Source: an uncultured Solirubrobacterales bacterium
Lineage (GTDB): Bacteria; Actinomycetota; Thermoleophilia; Solirubrobacterales; 70-9
Length of the DNA stretch: 64,000 bases
Assembly (NCBI GenBank): GCA_963793775.1
Contig: CAWCBM010000004.1
Location: forward strand, 106,399-170,398
Direction of reading: 5' to 3'
Under the pieces are notes generated by a model. The model was not told the DNA's origin, ran no database searches, and saw only the letters and a list, made by a program, of their open reading frames with translations. Positions 1 through 9,673 of the stretch are shown here, piece after piece; within the stretch, counting starts at the first letter, position 1; every line of letters begins with the position of its first letter. The position numbers were made by a program, and so were the translations under genes.

Positions 1-162
1 CGTCGCCAGGGTGAGCGTCGAGCCGTCCCAGTAGAACGAGAGCGGCAGCAGATAGGCGGTGCCCGCCTCGTCGGCCGAGGCGGCCCAGAGGTCGACCTCG
101 CTCTCGAGCTTGGCCAGCGTGTCGCTGCGGCGCTGGGACCGCGGCCGTGGCGCCTCGGTCAT
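1..162 (-). CDS. 5' part of a gene running off the left edge; possibly a PPOX/F420-type pyridoxamine 5'-phosphate oxidase family protein
   Basis: My own minus-strand translation from the ATG at 162..160 gives [54 protein letters not shown]... with high GC3. The start overlaps the stop of the upstream sigma gene (161..159) as ATGA. It is absent from the ORF track because there is no stop inside the window. The family call rests only on the [10 protein letters not shown] pattern. Confidence 0.45.
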   Translation of the reverse strand, partial: MTEAPRPRSQRRSDTLAKLESEVDLWAASADEAGTAYLLPLSFYWDGSTLTLAT

Positions 163-1334
163 CGCTCGACCTCCGCCAGCCGGCGCTCGAGAAACGTCCG
201 CTCGGCGTCCGAGTGGACGAGCTCGAGGGCGCGCAGGTACGCGGCCCGCGACTCCTCGCCTCGATCCAGCCGGCGCAGCAGCTCGCCCCGGGTCGAGTGC
301 AGGTAGAGGTACTCGTCGAGTTCGAGACGGTCGATCAGCGCCAGCGCCGCTTCGACGTTTCCCGACTCGGCGATCGCCACCGCTTCGTTCAGCTCGGCGA
401 CCGGGGAGCGGGTGATCCGGGCGAGCTCGCCGTAGAGCGCTGCCAGCTGCGGCCAGTCCTGCGGCTCCTCGGTGTGCAGGGCCGCGATCGCTGCCTGGAG
501 GACGTAGGGGCCACGCCCTCCGAGCGCCATCGCGCGCTCGAGCGCCGCCTGTCCCGCCGCGATCTGGTCGCGGTCCCAGAGCGACCGGTCCTGATCTTCG
601 AGCAGCACCAGAGCGCCGTCTGCGAATCGCGCCTCCCGGCGGGCGTCGTTGATCAGCATCAGTGCGAGCAGCGCGTGAACGTCGGGCTCGTCGGGCATCA
701 GCTCTGCGAGCGCGCGCTCGAGCCGGATCGCCTCGGCGGCGAGCTCCCCTCGCCCGCCGTAGCCCTCGTTGAAGATCAGGTACACGACGGCGAGCACCGC
801 CGCCAGGCGGTCGGGGAGCAGGTGGTCGGCCGGGACCCGGAACGGGATCCCGGCGTCCCTGATCTTGTGTTTGGCTCGCACCAGCCGCTTGGCCATCGTC
901 GGCTCGGGGACGAGGAAGGCGCGGGCGATCTCCTCGGTGCTCAGCCCGCCGAGGGTGCGTAGGGTCAGCGCGACCTGGGCCTCGAGAGCCAGCGCCGGGT
1001 GGCAGCAGGTGAAGATCAGCTCCAGTCGCTCATCGGGGATGGTCGTGCTCTCGTCCACATCGTCCTCCACCGTCTCCGGGACGTCGAGCTGCTTGGTCTT
1101 CTCCGAGAGGGTGCGGTCGCGCCGGATGCGGTCGATCGCACGGTTGCGGGCCGTGGTTGCCAGCCAGGCGCGCGGGTTGTCCGGGGCCCCGTCACGCGGC
1201 CAGCGCTCGGCGGCGATCGCAAACGCCTCCTGAGCGGCCTCCTCGGCGAGTTCGAAGTCGCCGAGGTAGCCGATCAGGTTGGCGAGCACGCGCCCCCACT
1301 CGTCGCGGAAGACCTGCTCGAGGGTCGCGGTCAC
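159..1334 (-). CDS. ECF-type sigma-70 family sigma factor with a long C-terminal helical (TPR-like) extension (COG4941-like, as I recall)
   Basis: 391-aa ORF with a GTG start. Region 2 ([30 protein letters not shown]) and region 4 ([28 protein letters not shown]) signatures are followed by about 200 aa of helical tail. A GTGA overlap links it to the upstream YciI-like gene, the usual partner of this sigma class. Confidence 0.85.
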   Translation of the reverse strand: MTATLEQVFRDEWGRVLANLIGYLGDFELAEEAAQEAFAIAAERWPRDGAPDNPRAWLATTARNRAIDRIRRDRTLSEKTKQLDVPETVEDDVDESTTIPDERLELIFTCCHPALALEAQVALTLRTLGGLSTEEIARAFLVPEPTMAKRLVRAKHKIRDAGIPFRVPADHLLPDRLAAVLAVVYLIFNEGYGGRGELAAEAIRLERALAELMPDEPDVHALLALMLINDARREARFADGALVLLEDQDRSLWDRDQIAAGQAALERAMALGGRGPYVLQAAIAALHTEEPQDWPQLAALYGELARITRSPVAELNEAVAIAESGNVEAALALIDRLELDEYLYLHSTRGELLRRLDRGEESRAAYLRALELVHSDAERTFLERRLAEVER

Positions 1335-1687
1335 TAGCCCAGCGGGCGAACCTCGATCGCGCCGCCCATCCGCGCGGCCGGAATCCGCGCGGCGAGCTCG
1401 ATCGCGGCGTCGAGGTCATCGGCCTCGAACACCAGGTAGCCGGCGAGAGCCTCCTTGACGGCGACGAACGGGCCGTCGGTGACCAGCGTCTCGCCGTCCT
1501 CGACCCGGACCGTGGTCGCCGTCTCGGCCGGCGCCAGCTGCTGCCCCGGAGTGACTCCGGGGGTCGCGTTGACGGCCTGGTAGTCGGCGTAGACCTGCTT
1601 CTGCTCGTCCTCGGAGAGCTTCGCCCAGGCCTCGGGGTCGCGAGGGGTCGGGGTGTCGCCCTGGTGGATCAACAGCATGTACTTCAT
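1334..1687 (-). CDS. YciI/DGPF-domain family protein
   Basis: Internal ATG (1687) of track ORF 1334..2098 gives 117 aa: [11 protein letters not shown]...[33 protein letters not shown]. The part of the track ORF upstream of this ATG is Arg/Gly/Ala-rich junk. Confidence 0.85.
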   Translation of the reverse strand: MKYMLLIHQGDTPTPRDPEAWAKLSEDEQKQVYADYQAVNATPGVTPGQQLAPAETATTVRVEDGETLVTDGPFVAVKEALAGYLVFEADDLDAAIELAARIPAARMGGAIEVRPLG

Positions 1688-1776
1688 CGCTTCCTCCTGG
1701 TTGGGATGGTCGCGTATGAGACGAACGGCGAACCCGCCGATGGACACTCCAGGCGCGCGAACCGGGAGTGTGGGTG

Positions 1777-3746
1777 TTAACTCGAAGCCTCGCCTCGGCG
1801 CTTCAGCTTCGCCTTGCGCTTCGCCGTGGCCGACTCGCCGCCGGCCGGCGCGTGCTCGACCTCGAGCTTGACCTTCGCCTTTCCGTCCCGGCGGAGCTTG
1901 CGTTTCAGCTTGCCCTTCGGCTTGACCTTCAGCTTTACCTGGCCGGGCGTGGCGACGGTCTTGCGCATCGTCTTCACTCCCTTCGCCCGGAGCGTGAGCT
2001 CGCCCGGATGCGTGACCGAGACGGTGAGCTTCGCCGTGCCCTTGCGCTTGTCTCGCTTGAGCTTGCCGAGCGTCAGGTTCTCGCTCCGCTCGAACCACAC
2101 CGGGCTCGAGTAGACCTCGAAGCGGTCGGCTGCCGGGGCTTGACGCATCACCTGGACCGAGTAGCGGCCCGGATCGGTGGCGACGAAGGTGTGGGTGAAG
2201 TCGTCGCTGCCGATCGCCACCCCGTCGGCCACGGCACCGTCGCGCAGCAGCTCGAGGCGGTAGGTGCCCGGCCTCGCGGCCCCGGCCCCCGCCCTCAGCA
2301 CCTGGACCTCGAGCCCGAGCTCGGGGCCGGCGATCGTGTCGCCGAGAGTCGCGTCGGGAGCGCCGGGCGTGTGAGCGATGACCCGGATGTCGGGACCGTC
2401 GTTGCCGTAGAGCTTCACGTAGGTGCGGCCGTCGCGGATGCCCTGGACGATCGCGGGCCTCGAGAGCTCGCTCGCGCGCACGACCGTCGTCGCGCGCCCG
2501 ATCGGCGCGCTGGTCACGTCGGCCTGGTCCGCCTGGTGGGAGTCGCTCGAGCCGACGGCCGCGACGTGGTCGCCGGCCGCCAGGCGCGCCTCATAGAAGG
2601 CGATCGCGGTCTTGGTGAACGGGTTCTGCGTGCTGCCGATGTCCGCGGGCCCGGTCTGGATCTCGATCGCGTCGACGTTCGCGTAGCCGGTCTCGTCGGC
2701 GGTCCAATCCCAGGGGCAGCCGCGACAGGCTGCCGGCGCCCCGGGGAAGATCGTCGGGTGGTTGATCTGGGTCCAGCCCCCGCCGGCCTGCATGGCGGCG
2801 AGCTGGCTCCCGGGCACCGTCGTGGGGGCGAGCTGGCTCATCGAGGGATACGAGAGCACGGGCCCCCCGCGGAAATCCGCAAAGGCGCTCGAGCCGATCA
2901 CGTTGTAGTGGCCGTGATACGTCGTCACCTCGACGCCGGGGATCACGAGCCTGCCGGGATGAGCGGCCTCCTGCTTGCCGACCTCGCCGCGGGCGACGTC
3001 GTTGTTGTGATCGACGAGGCCGACGAAGTCGAGCCCGGCGCCGCCCGCGGCGAGCGAGCGGAACGCGTACTCGAGGCTCGTCGACACCTGGGCATTGCCC
3101 GGCTCCTGCTCGCCGTGAGCGTGCACGTCGCCCGCGTACCAGCCCGGGTTCGGGTTGGCGGGGGCGCTCCCCTGGGCGGCCGGCGCATAGGGATCGTCGG
3201 ACCAGTCGGGGCTCGAGGTCGTCTCGACCCGGAAGGTCGAAGCCCACCGAGGGACCGCCGACTGCGGCGATCCCGAGCTCGGCAGTCCACAGTCCGGGCG
3301 GGAGGGGCCCCGGCTGGTAGGCGCGCGTCGTGTAGCCGTGCACGTAGGCCTTGCGGTCGGCTTCGTAGACGCTCGGCGGCGAGAACCCGTTGACCGCTAT
3401 CGCCAGGTCCCTGACCGCGCTGCCGCTCCAGCCGCGTCGCTGCGCGGGGCCTGGGACCCCGCCGCCGGCGGGCTGGTAGACGCCCATGTCGAGCGTGGTC
3501 CCGGACGGCGGGCTGTCCCAGCAGTAGCGGATGCGGATCGCCGTGGTCCCCGCGGGGACGTTGAACGGGATCTGCAGATACGACCCCTGCTGCGCCGCGG
3601 TCACCGAGCCGGTGAAGTCCTGGGGCGGGTCGAAGCCGACGTCGGGGCTGCCGGGCACCGTGCACGGCGCCGGCGAGGCCCGGAGCGGCGCAGGCCATCG
3701 CGGCGACGACAGCCGCCCCCAGTCCGATCCGCCCGACCCTGCGCAC
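1777..3746 (-). pseudogene. Secreted CehA/McbA-like PHP-domain metallohydrolase, split over three reading frames (two 1-nt frame breaks; pseudogene or sequence error)
   Basis: The signal peptide MRRVGRIGLGAAVVAAMACAAPGLAG lies in the frame of ORF 2943..3746. The N-domain (VPGSPDVGFDPPQDFTGSV...IRIRYCWDSPPSG...LWTAELGIAAVGG) lies in ORF 2591..3658. The PHP core (my upstream extension ...WASTFRVETTSSPDWSDDPYAPAAQGSAPANPNPGWYAGDVHAHGEQ...VGLVDHNN...SDSH) lies in ORF 1777..3126. The breaks are near 3660-3700 and 3245-3260. Confidence 0.6.
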
Positions 3747-3781
3747 GGCGTAAACCTAGCGCGTCAACTCTGAGAGGCCCG

Positions 3782-4468
3782 TCAGCGCCTCGAGTGCGCC
3801 GCCCGGCTCGAGCGCTCCATCGCCCGGTCGAGCTCCTTCGGCCCCATCGGCTTCGCCTGAAGCTGCTCCGGGGATCGGCGCCCGGCCTTGAGGCCGTCGA
3901 CGACGATGCCGAGCATCCGCCGCCAGATGTCGGGCTTCGCGTCTCGCGTGAACTCGATCGCGCCGGCCAGCATCAGCTCGAGCATCGGCACGTCGAGGAC
4001 GTCGAGATCCTCGCGGAGCTTGCCCTGCTCCTTGGCCGCCTTGACCATGGCCTCGACCTTCGGCTTGACACGGGCTCGCACCTCGTCCACCCACTCGCGG
4101 CTGCCGCGGGCGCTGAACATGAGCTCCTTGAGCGCGCGGTTGCGGCCGTGGAACTCCGCGCCCGACTCGATGAACTCGATCAGCCCCTCCCAGGGGTCGG
4201 GGTTGGCGGCCGCTCGCTCCACCATCTCGAAGAACTCGTCGACCCGCGACTGCAGCAGCGCGTCGATCAGGGCGTCTCGATCGGGGAACCGGCGATAGAC
4301 GGTCCCGATCCCGACCCCGGCGCGCTCCGCCACCTCATCCAGGCTGACGTGCAGGCCGCGTTCGGCGAACAGCTCCGCGGCGGCGTCGAGGATGCGCTGC
4401 CGGTTGCGGACGGCGTCGGCGCGCAGCGGGCGGTCGGTCTCGGTCTTGGCGGGGGGCATGTGTGACAT
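3782..4468 (-). CDS. TetR family transcriptional regulator
   Basis: 228-aa ORF with an N-terminal TetR HTH (RNRQRILDAAAELFAERGLHVSLDEVAERAGVGIGTVYRRFPDRDAL). It is divergent from an MFS pump. An alternative ATG lies at 4459. Confidence 0.9.
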   Translation of the reverse strand: MSHMPPAKTETDRPLRADAVRNRQRILDAAAELFAERGLHVSLDEVAERAGVGIGTVYRRFPDRDALIDALLQSRVDEFFEMVERAAANPDPWEGLIEFIESGAEFHGRNRALKELMFSARGSREWVDEVRARVKPKVEAMVKAAKEQGKLREDLDVLDVPMLELMLAGAIEFTRDAKPDIWRRMLGIVVDGLKAGRRSPEQLQAKPMGPKELDRAMERSSRAAHSRR

Positions 4469-4474
4469 CTTACC

Positions 4475-4499
4475 TAAACGGAGATCGGACCTCCGCTTA
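4475..4499. promoter_or_regulatory. Imperfect inverted repeat, candidate TetR operator in the TetR/MFS divergent spacer
   Basis: TAAACGGAG-atcggac-CTCCGCTTA read directly. The arms match 8/9 and there is a 7-nt spacer. It lies between the divergent start codons at 4468 and 4552. Confidence 0.35.
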
Positions 4500-4551
4500 T
4501 GTGCTATCGTGGCAGAAGTTGAGACGTTTCCTCCACTTACAGGCAGGTTCC

Positions 4552-6030
4552 ATGACTGACACCACGAATCCCCACTACGCCCGCCGGTGGCTCATCCTCG
4601 GGGTGATCGCGCTGGCGCAGCTGATGGTCGTCCTCGACGTGACGATCGTGAACATCGCGCTCCCCTCGGCCCAGGCCGACCTCGGGTTCTCCGACGACGC
4701 GCGCCAGTGGGTGGTCACCGCCTACGCCCTCGCGTTCGGGAGCCTGCTCCTCCTCGGCGGGAAGATCAGCGACCTCGTCGGGCGCAAGTGGACCCTCACC
4801 GTGGGGCTCATCGGCTTCGCGGGCGCGTCCGCAATCGGTGGCGCCGCCCCGAGCTTCGAGGCGCTGATCGCGGCCAGGGCGCTTCAGGGCGCGTTCGCGG
4901 CGTTGCTCGCGCCGGCGGCCCTCTCGCTCCTCACGACCACGTTCACCGACCCCGGTGAGCGGGGCAAGGCGTTCGGGGTCTACGGCGCGATCGCCGGTTC
5001 CGGCGCCGCCGTCGGCCTGCTCCTCGGCGGAGTCCTGACGGAGATCCTCGACTGGCGCTCGACGATGTACGTAAACCTCGCGTTCGCGGTGCCCGCCGCC
5101 ATCGCAGCCGTCCGCCTGCTGGTCAACCAGCGCCCGGCGGTCCGGCCGCGGATCGACATCCCCGGCGTGCTCGTCGCCAGCGCGGGCCTGTTCGCTCTCG
5201 TCTACGGGTTCGCGAACGCGGAGACGGACGGCTGGGGAGCCCCGCTGACGATCGGGATGCTCGCATTCGGCGCCCTCGCGATCGCGGCGTTCGCCGTGAT
5301 CGAGCGCCGCGCCGCGCACCCGCTGCTGCCACCGCGGGTGGTCAGAGACCGCGACCGTGGCGCCGCCTTCCTCGCCGTGGGCATCGCGGCGATCGCGATG
5401 TTCGGAACGTTCCTGTTCCTGACCTACTTCCTCCAGCAGAACCTGGGCTTCTCTCCGATCGAGGCCGGCCTGGCGTTCCTGCCGATGGTGGCGGTCATCA
5501 TGGTCACGGCGACGGTGGCGTCCACCCGGCTCCTCCCCCGCGTGGGGCCGCGGCCGCTGGTGCCGACCGGGATGGCCCTGGGGGCGGTCGGGCTGGTCTT
5601 CCTGACCGGGATCCAGCTCGACTCGGGCTACGCCGGATCGGTCCTGCCGGGCCTGCTCGTGATGGGCCTCGGCTTCGGCCTGATCATGGCGCCGTCGATG
5701 GCGACGGCCACGAACGGCGTCGCCCGAGGCGACGCCGGGGTCGCCTCGGCGACCGTCAACACGATGCAGCAGATCGGCGGGTCGATCGGCACCGCCTTCC
5801 TCTCGACGATGTTCGCCGATGCCGTGAGCGCCTTCGCCGCGCCGGCCGGGGCCTCGGCCCAGCTGGTGCAGGCGCAGGCGGCGGTCCACGGCTACACGGT
5901 CGTCTTCTGGTGGGCGGCCGGCGCCCTGGCCCTCGGCGCAGTCGTGACCGCCCTCCTCTTCCGCCCGCGCAAGGCGGCCGCGGAGGAGCGAGCCGTCGCG
6001 GCTCAGCCCGTACCCGAAGCCACCGGATAG
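4552..6030 (+). CDS. MFS transporter, DHA2 (EmrB/QacA-like, 14-TMS) drug:H+ antiporter family
   Basis: Internal ATG of ORF 4462..6030: MTDTTNPHYARRWLILGVIALAQLMVVLDVTIVNIALPSAQADLGFS.... It is hydrophobic throughout and has the classic DHA2 N-terminus. Confidence 0.9.
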   Translation: MTDTTNPHYARRWLILGVIALAQLMVVLDVTIVNIALPSAQADLGFSDDARQWVVTAYALAFGSLLLLGGKISDLVGRKWTLTVGLIGFAGASAIGGAAPSFEALIAARALQGAFAALLAPAALSLLTTTFTDPGERGKAFGVYGAIAGSGAAVGLLLGGVLTEILDWRSTMYVNLAFAVPAAIAAVRLLVNQRPAVRPRIDIPGVLVASAGLFALVYGFANAETDGWGAPLTIGMLAFGALAIAAFAVIERRAAHPLLPPRVVRDRDRGAAFLAVGIAAIAMFGTFLFLTYFLQQNLGFSPIEAGLAFLPMVAVIMVTATVASTRLLPRVGPRPLVPTGMALGAVGLVFLTGIQLDSGYAGSVLPGLLVMGLGFGLIMAPSMATATNGVARGDAGVASATVNTMQQIGGSIGTAFLSTMFADAVSAFAAPAGASAQLVQAQAAVHGYTVVFWWAAGALALGAVVTALLFRPRKAAAEERAVAAQPVPEATG

Positions 6031-6097
6031 GTCGCCCTCCCCGCGGTGGCCCCTCGCGTCATCCCCGGGCGCGAGGGGCCGCGCATAGAGTCGCGCC

Positions 6098-7136
6098 GTG
6101 AGCGCGTCGCGGGCCGAGGACTGGCGAGCCCGTGGTGGGTATTTCTCCTGGCGTCCGGACGAGCCCGACGCGGAGGCGGTGCAGATCTTCCACGTCGAGG
6201 CCGGTGATGCGGACGCTCCGCCGCTGCTGCTCGTCCACGGCTTTCCGACCAGCAGCATCGACTGGTACGAGGTCGTCGACCGGCTCGCCGAGCGATTCAG
6301 AGTCTGCGCGCTGGACTTCCCCGGCTACGGGTTCTCCGACAAGCCGCGCGGCTGGGGCTACGGCCTGATGCGAGATGCCCGGTTGCTCGGGTTCTACCTC
6401 TCCGAGGTGGTGGGCACCGAGACCGCGGTCGTCCTCGCCCATGACCGCGGTGACAGCGTGGCGCTGATCCACGCGGGCGGTCATGCGGGCGACGACCCTC
6501 GGGTTCGCGTGGAGCACCTCTTCCTGACGAACGGCAACATCTTCCTGCCGCTGTCCAACCTCACCCAGGCCCAGCGGCTGATGCTCGACGAGTCCGCGGG
6601 ACCCGGCCTGCTCGAGGACCTGGCTCCCGTCGGTCCTCGCCGCGGGTTTGGGCGCGGCGACGTTCTTTCCGCCGCGCGGCGCGGATGATCCCGGGATCGA
6701 GGCCCTGGCCGAGACCTTCGCCCACCAGGACGGCATCCTCGTCCTGCACGAGACGATCCAGTACCTGGTCGAGCGGTCCGCTGATGAGGACACCTGGCTG
6801 AAGGCGCTGGCCGAATCAGAGGTGCCGACGACGGTGATCTGGGGCCTGAACGACACCGTGTCTCCGCCGCGCGTGGCGAACTGGGTCTGGGATCACCATC
6901 TGATGTTCAAGCCAGGCCGCAATTCCCTCTACTACCTCCCGGACGCCGGCCACTATCTGCAGAACGACCGACCCGACGCTCTCGTGGACGCCATGCTGCG
7001 TGCGCTCGAGTCGACGGACGACGAGGAGCCCGGCGCCATCGAGGTGGCACCGGCCGCTCCGATCCTGGTGGATCGCTCCCGGGAACGGATGCCCAGCGCG
7101 GCGGAGGTCCTCCCGGCAGGGGAGCAGGCGCCCTAG
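6098..7136 (+). pseudogene. Alpha/beta-fold hydrolase, split by one 1-nt frame break near 6630 (pseudogene or sequence error)
   Basis: The N-terminal half is in ORF 6098..6688 (PLLLVHGFPTSSIDWYEVVDRLAERFRVCALDFPGYGFSDKP...VLAHDRGDSVAL). The C-terminal half is in ORF 6648..7136 (...PTTVIWGLNDTVSPP...LPDAGHYLQNDRPDAL). GC3 switches frame at GTCGGTCC (6629-6636). Confidence 0.65.
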
Positions 7137-7195
7137 CGCTCCCCCCTCACCTAGCCTCCAAGGAGGCAGCGGATCGACAAGCACACCTAGGACGA

Positions 7196-8884
7196 ATGAC
7201 GAGCGACTACGCCCCGACTCCGGTAGAGGACTTCCTCGATCCCGACCATCCGACGCTCTTCCCGCGGCTGACGCCGGAGCAGATCGAGTACCTGGCGGAG
7301 ATCGGAACCCAGCTGTCATTCGCGCGCGGGGAGCTCGTCTTCGAGCACGGCCAGCGCGAGGCCCCGCTGTACGTGGTCCTCAGCGGAGCCCTGGACATCA
7401 TCGACCGAGCGCCGGAGGGTGACCGCTACTTCACCCAATGCAGGGAGGGGACCTTCGCCGCCGATATCTCCATGTTCACCGGCGAGCCGACGCTCGCCGC
7501 CGGCTTCGCGGCCGAGCCGACCTCGCTCCTGGCGCTCCCGCCCGAGGACGTGCGCAAGGTCGTGGCGACCGCGGCCGAGCTCGGGGACCTCCTCCTGCAC
7601 ACGATGGTCACGCGCCGGGAGTGGCTGCAGGGTCGCGGCTTGGGTCAGCAGCGCCTGATCGGCTCACGCTGGTCGGGCGAGGCGTTCACGGTGCGGGAGC
7701 TGCTGGAGCGCAACCTCGTTCCCTTCACCTGGCATGACCTCGCCGCCGACGAGGAGAGCAGGGCCTTGCTCGACGGGCTCGGCATCGGGGACGCCGACTG
7801 TCCTGTCCTGGTCCGATCCGAAGGTGTTATCCGGCGGGCCACGGTGAAGTCGGTCGCAGATGAGCTGGGCTTGCGAGCGCAGGTCGACGGCCAGAGCTTC
7901 GACGTCGTCGTGCTGGGCGGCGGTCCGGCGGGGCTGGCCGCTGCGGTCTACGCCTCGTCCGAGGGTCTCACCACGCTGGTGGTCGAACGGTTCGCCCCGG
8001 GCGGCCAAGCCGGCACGAGCGCTCGAATCGAGAACTACCTCGGCTTTCCCACCGGACTTACCGGCTCCGAGCTCACCCGACGCGCGACGTTGCAAGCGCG
8101 CAAGTTCGGCGCCGTGATCTCCAGCGTCCACGAGGCCTCCCACGTGTCGGAGCCGGAGGAAGACGGACTCCGCGACGTCGGGCTGGCGGATGGCCAGCGC
8201 GTGCGGGGTCGATGCGTGGTCCTGGCCCCGGGTGCGGAGTATCGCCGGCTACCCGCCGAAAACGCCGATCGATTCGAGGGGCTGGGCCTGTATTACGCGG
8301 CGACCCACAGCGAGGCCGTGCAATGCTCGGCGGAGGACGTGGTCGTCGTCGGCGGAGGAAACTCGGCTGGCCAGGCGGTGGTCAAGCTCGCCGACCACGC
8401 CGGCCAGGTCCACGTCGTGGCGCGGAGAAGGCTCGAGGCGGCGATGTCGCGCTACCTGGTCGATCAGATCGAGGCCAAGTCGAACGTCCGCGTCTGGTCC
8501 GGGTGTGAGGTCCGGGCGCTCGAGGGCGACGAGCAGCTCGAAGCCGTCGTGATCTCGGGTGCGGGGCCGGATCGCCGCGTCCCGACCTCGGCGGTGTTCG
8601 CGATGATCGGCGCCTCGCCGAGATCCGAGGGGCTGGTCGACTACGTCGGCCGGGACGACAAGGGCTTCGTGGTCACCGGTGAGGAGGCGCGCCGGCACCC
8701 CGACTTCTCCCGGCATTGGGACGGAGCGAACCGCGGCCCACTGATGCTCGAGTGCACGCGTCGCGGCGTCTTTGCCATCGGCGACGTCCGCAGGGGCTCG
8801 ACCAAGCGCGTTGCGGCGGCCGTGGGCGACGGCGCGCTGGTGGTTCGCTCGATTCACGCCTCGCTCGATCCGAGCGCGACGTAA
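7196..8884 (+). CDS. Cyclic-nucleotide-binding-like domain fused to a TrxB-like FAD/NAD(P)-dependent oxidoreductase
   Basis: 562-aa intact ORF. The N-terminus is cNMP-binding-like (GELVFEHGQREAPLYVVLSGALDI). The C-terminus carries dinucleotide folds VVVLGGGPAGLAAAVYAS and VVVVGGGNSAGQAVVKLA plus GVFAIGDVR. Where TrxB has CATCDG this protein reads YYAATHSEA, so no CxxC is visible. Confidence 0.85.
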   Translation: MTSDYAPTPVEDFLDPDHPTLFPRLTPEQIEYLAEIGTQLSFARGELVFEHGQREAPLYVVLSGALDIIDRAPEGDRYFTQCREGTFAADISMFTGEPTLAAGFAAEPTSLLALPPEDVRKVVATAAELGDLLLHTMVTRREWLQGRGLGQQRLIGSRWSGEAFTVRELLERNLVPFTWHDLAADEESRALLDGLGIGDADCPVLVRSEGVIRRATVKSVADELGLRAQVDGQSFDVVVLGGGPAGLAAAVYASSEGLTTLVVERFAPGGQAGTSARIENYLGFPTGLTGSELTRRATLQARKFGAVISSVHEASHVSEPEEDGLRDVGLADGQRVRGRCVVLAPGAEYRRLPAENADRFEGLGLYYAATHSEAVQCSAEDVVVVGGGNSAGQAVVKLADHAGQVHVVARRRLEAAMSRYLVDQIEAKSNVRVWSGCEVRALEGDEQLEAVVISGAGPDRRVPTSAVFAMIGASPRSEGLVDYVGRDDKGFVVTGEEARRHPDFSRHWDGANRGPLMLECTRRGVFAIGDVRRGSTKRVAAAVGDGALVVRSIHASLDPSAT

Positions 8885-8897
8885 CCAGGATTGCGCC

Positions 8898-9287
8898 TTA
8901 CGACGAAGCCCCGGTTCCGGCAGATCGAGGTGACGCGCTCGCGGCGTCGGGCGGCTCGGCAAGCGCGATCGCGTTTCCGTCCGGATCGGGAACGTTCACG
9001 TGGCGGACGCCGTTGGAGTAGGTCTCGATCGGCTCGTGGCCAATGCCCTGGGCAGCGAGGCGCTCGAGCAGCGCGTCGAGGCCAGAGACGGAGAGGGTGA
9101 TCCGGCCGGCGCCCGCGTGCACCGCGTTCGGCTCGATGAAGAGCCAGGCGCGCTCGTCGATCTCCCAGAGGATCTCTTCTCCGACCCGATAGTCCGGGGG
9201 CCGGCCGAAGAACCGCGTGTACCAGTCGATGCTGGCGTCGAGGTCCGAGACCGGGACACCCGCATAGAGGTGTGTGATCGCGCTCAT
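8898..9287 (-). CDS. VOC (glyoxalase/bleomycin-resistance/dioxygenase) family protein
   Basis: Internal ATG (9287) of ORF 8898..9404: MSAITHLYAGVPVSDLDASIDWYTRFFGRPPD...VRHVNVPDPDGNAIAL. Confidence 0.8.
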   Translation of the reverse strand: MSAITHLYAGVPVSDLDASIDWYTRFFGRPPDYRVGEEILWEIDERAWLFIEPNAVHAGAGRITLSVSGLDALLERLAAQGIGHEPIETYSNGVRHVNVPDPDGNAIALAEPPDAASASPRSAGTGASS

Positions 9288-9673
9288 CGAGACACGGTCT
9301 CGGAGCTCGAATGGATATGGGCAGTCGTCATTGGCGTATGGCTCCCCGCTCGAAGCGGGCAAAGCGGCTCTGAGGGCCACCAGGTTTCGCTCGACATCGC
9401 ACACGAGTATCGAGTCTTATCGCCACATCGCGGTTCCCTTGAAGGAGGCCGATCCAGCGTGGTCGGATATGGCCGGTTTCGGTTCTATTTTCGGCACGAC
9501 AGCAGCGTTCGTCTGACCCAATCCCAGCCCGTTCGCACTCCCTAGCGGCTCGTGCACGCGATCATGCCGGGGCGGTCGACTCTGCCAACCTGAGCCAGGA
9601 TTCTTGGTGGGGCCGGGTCCCGCGGTCTACGATTGAATACTGGACGGATCAGCAGGGAGGACGACTCCCACCG

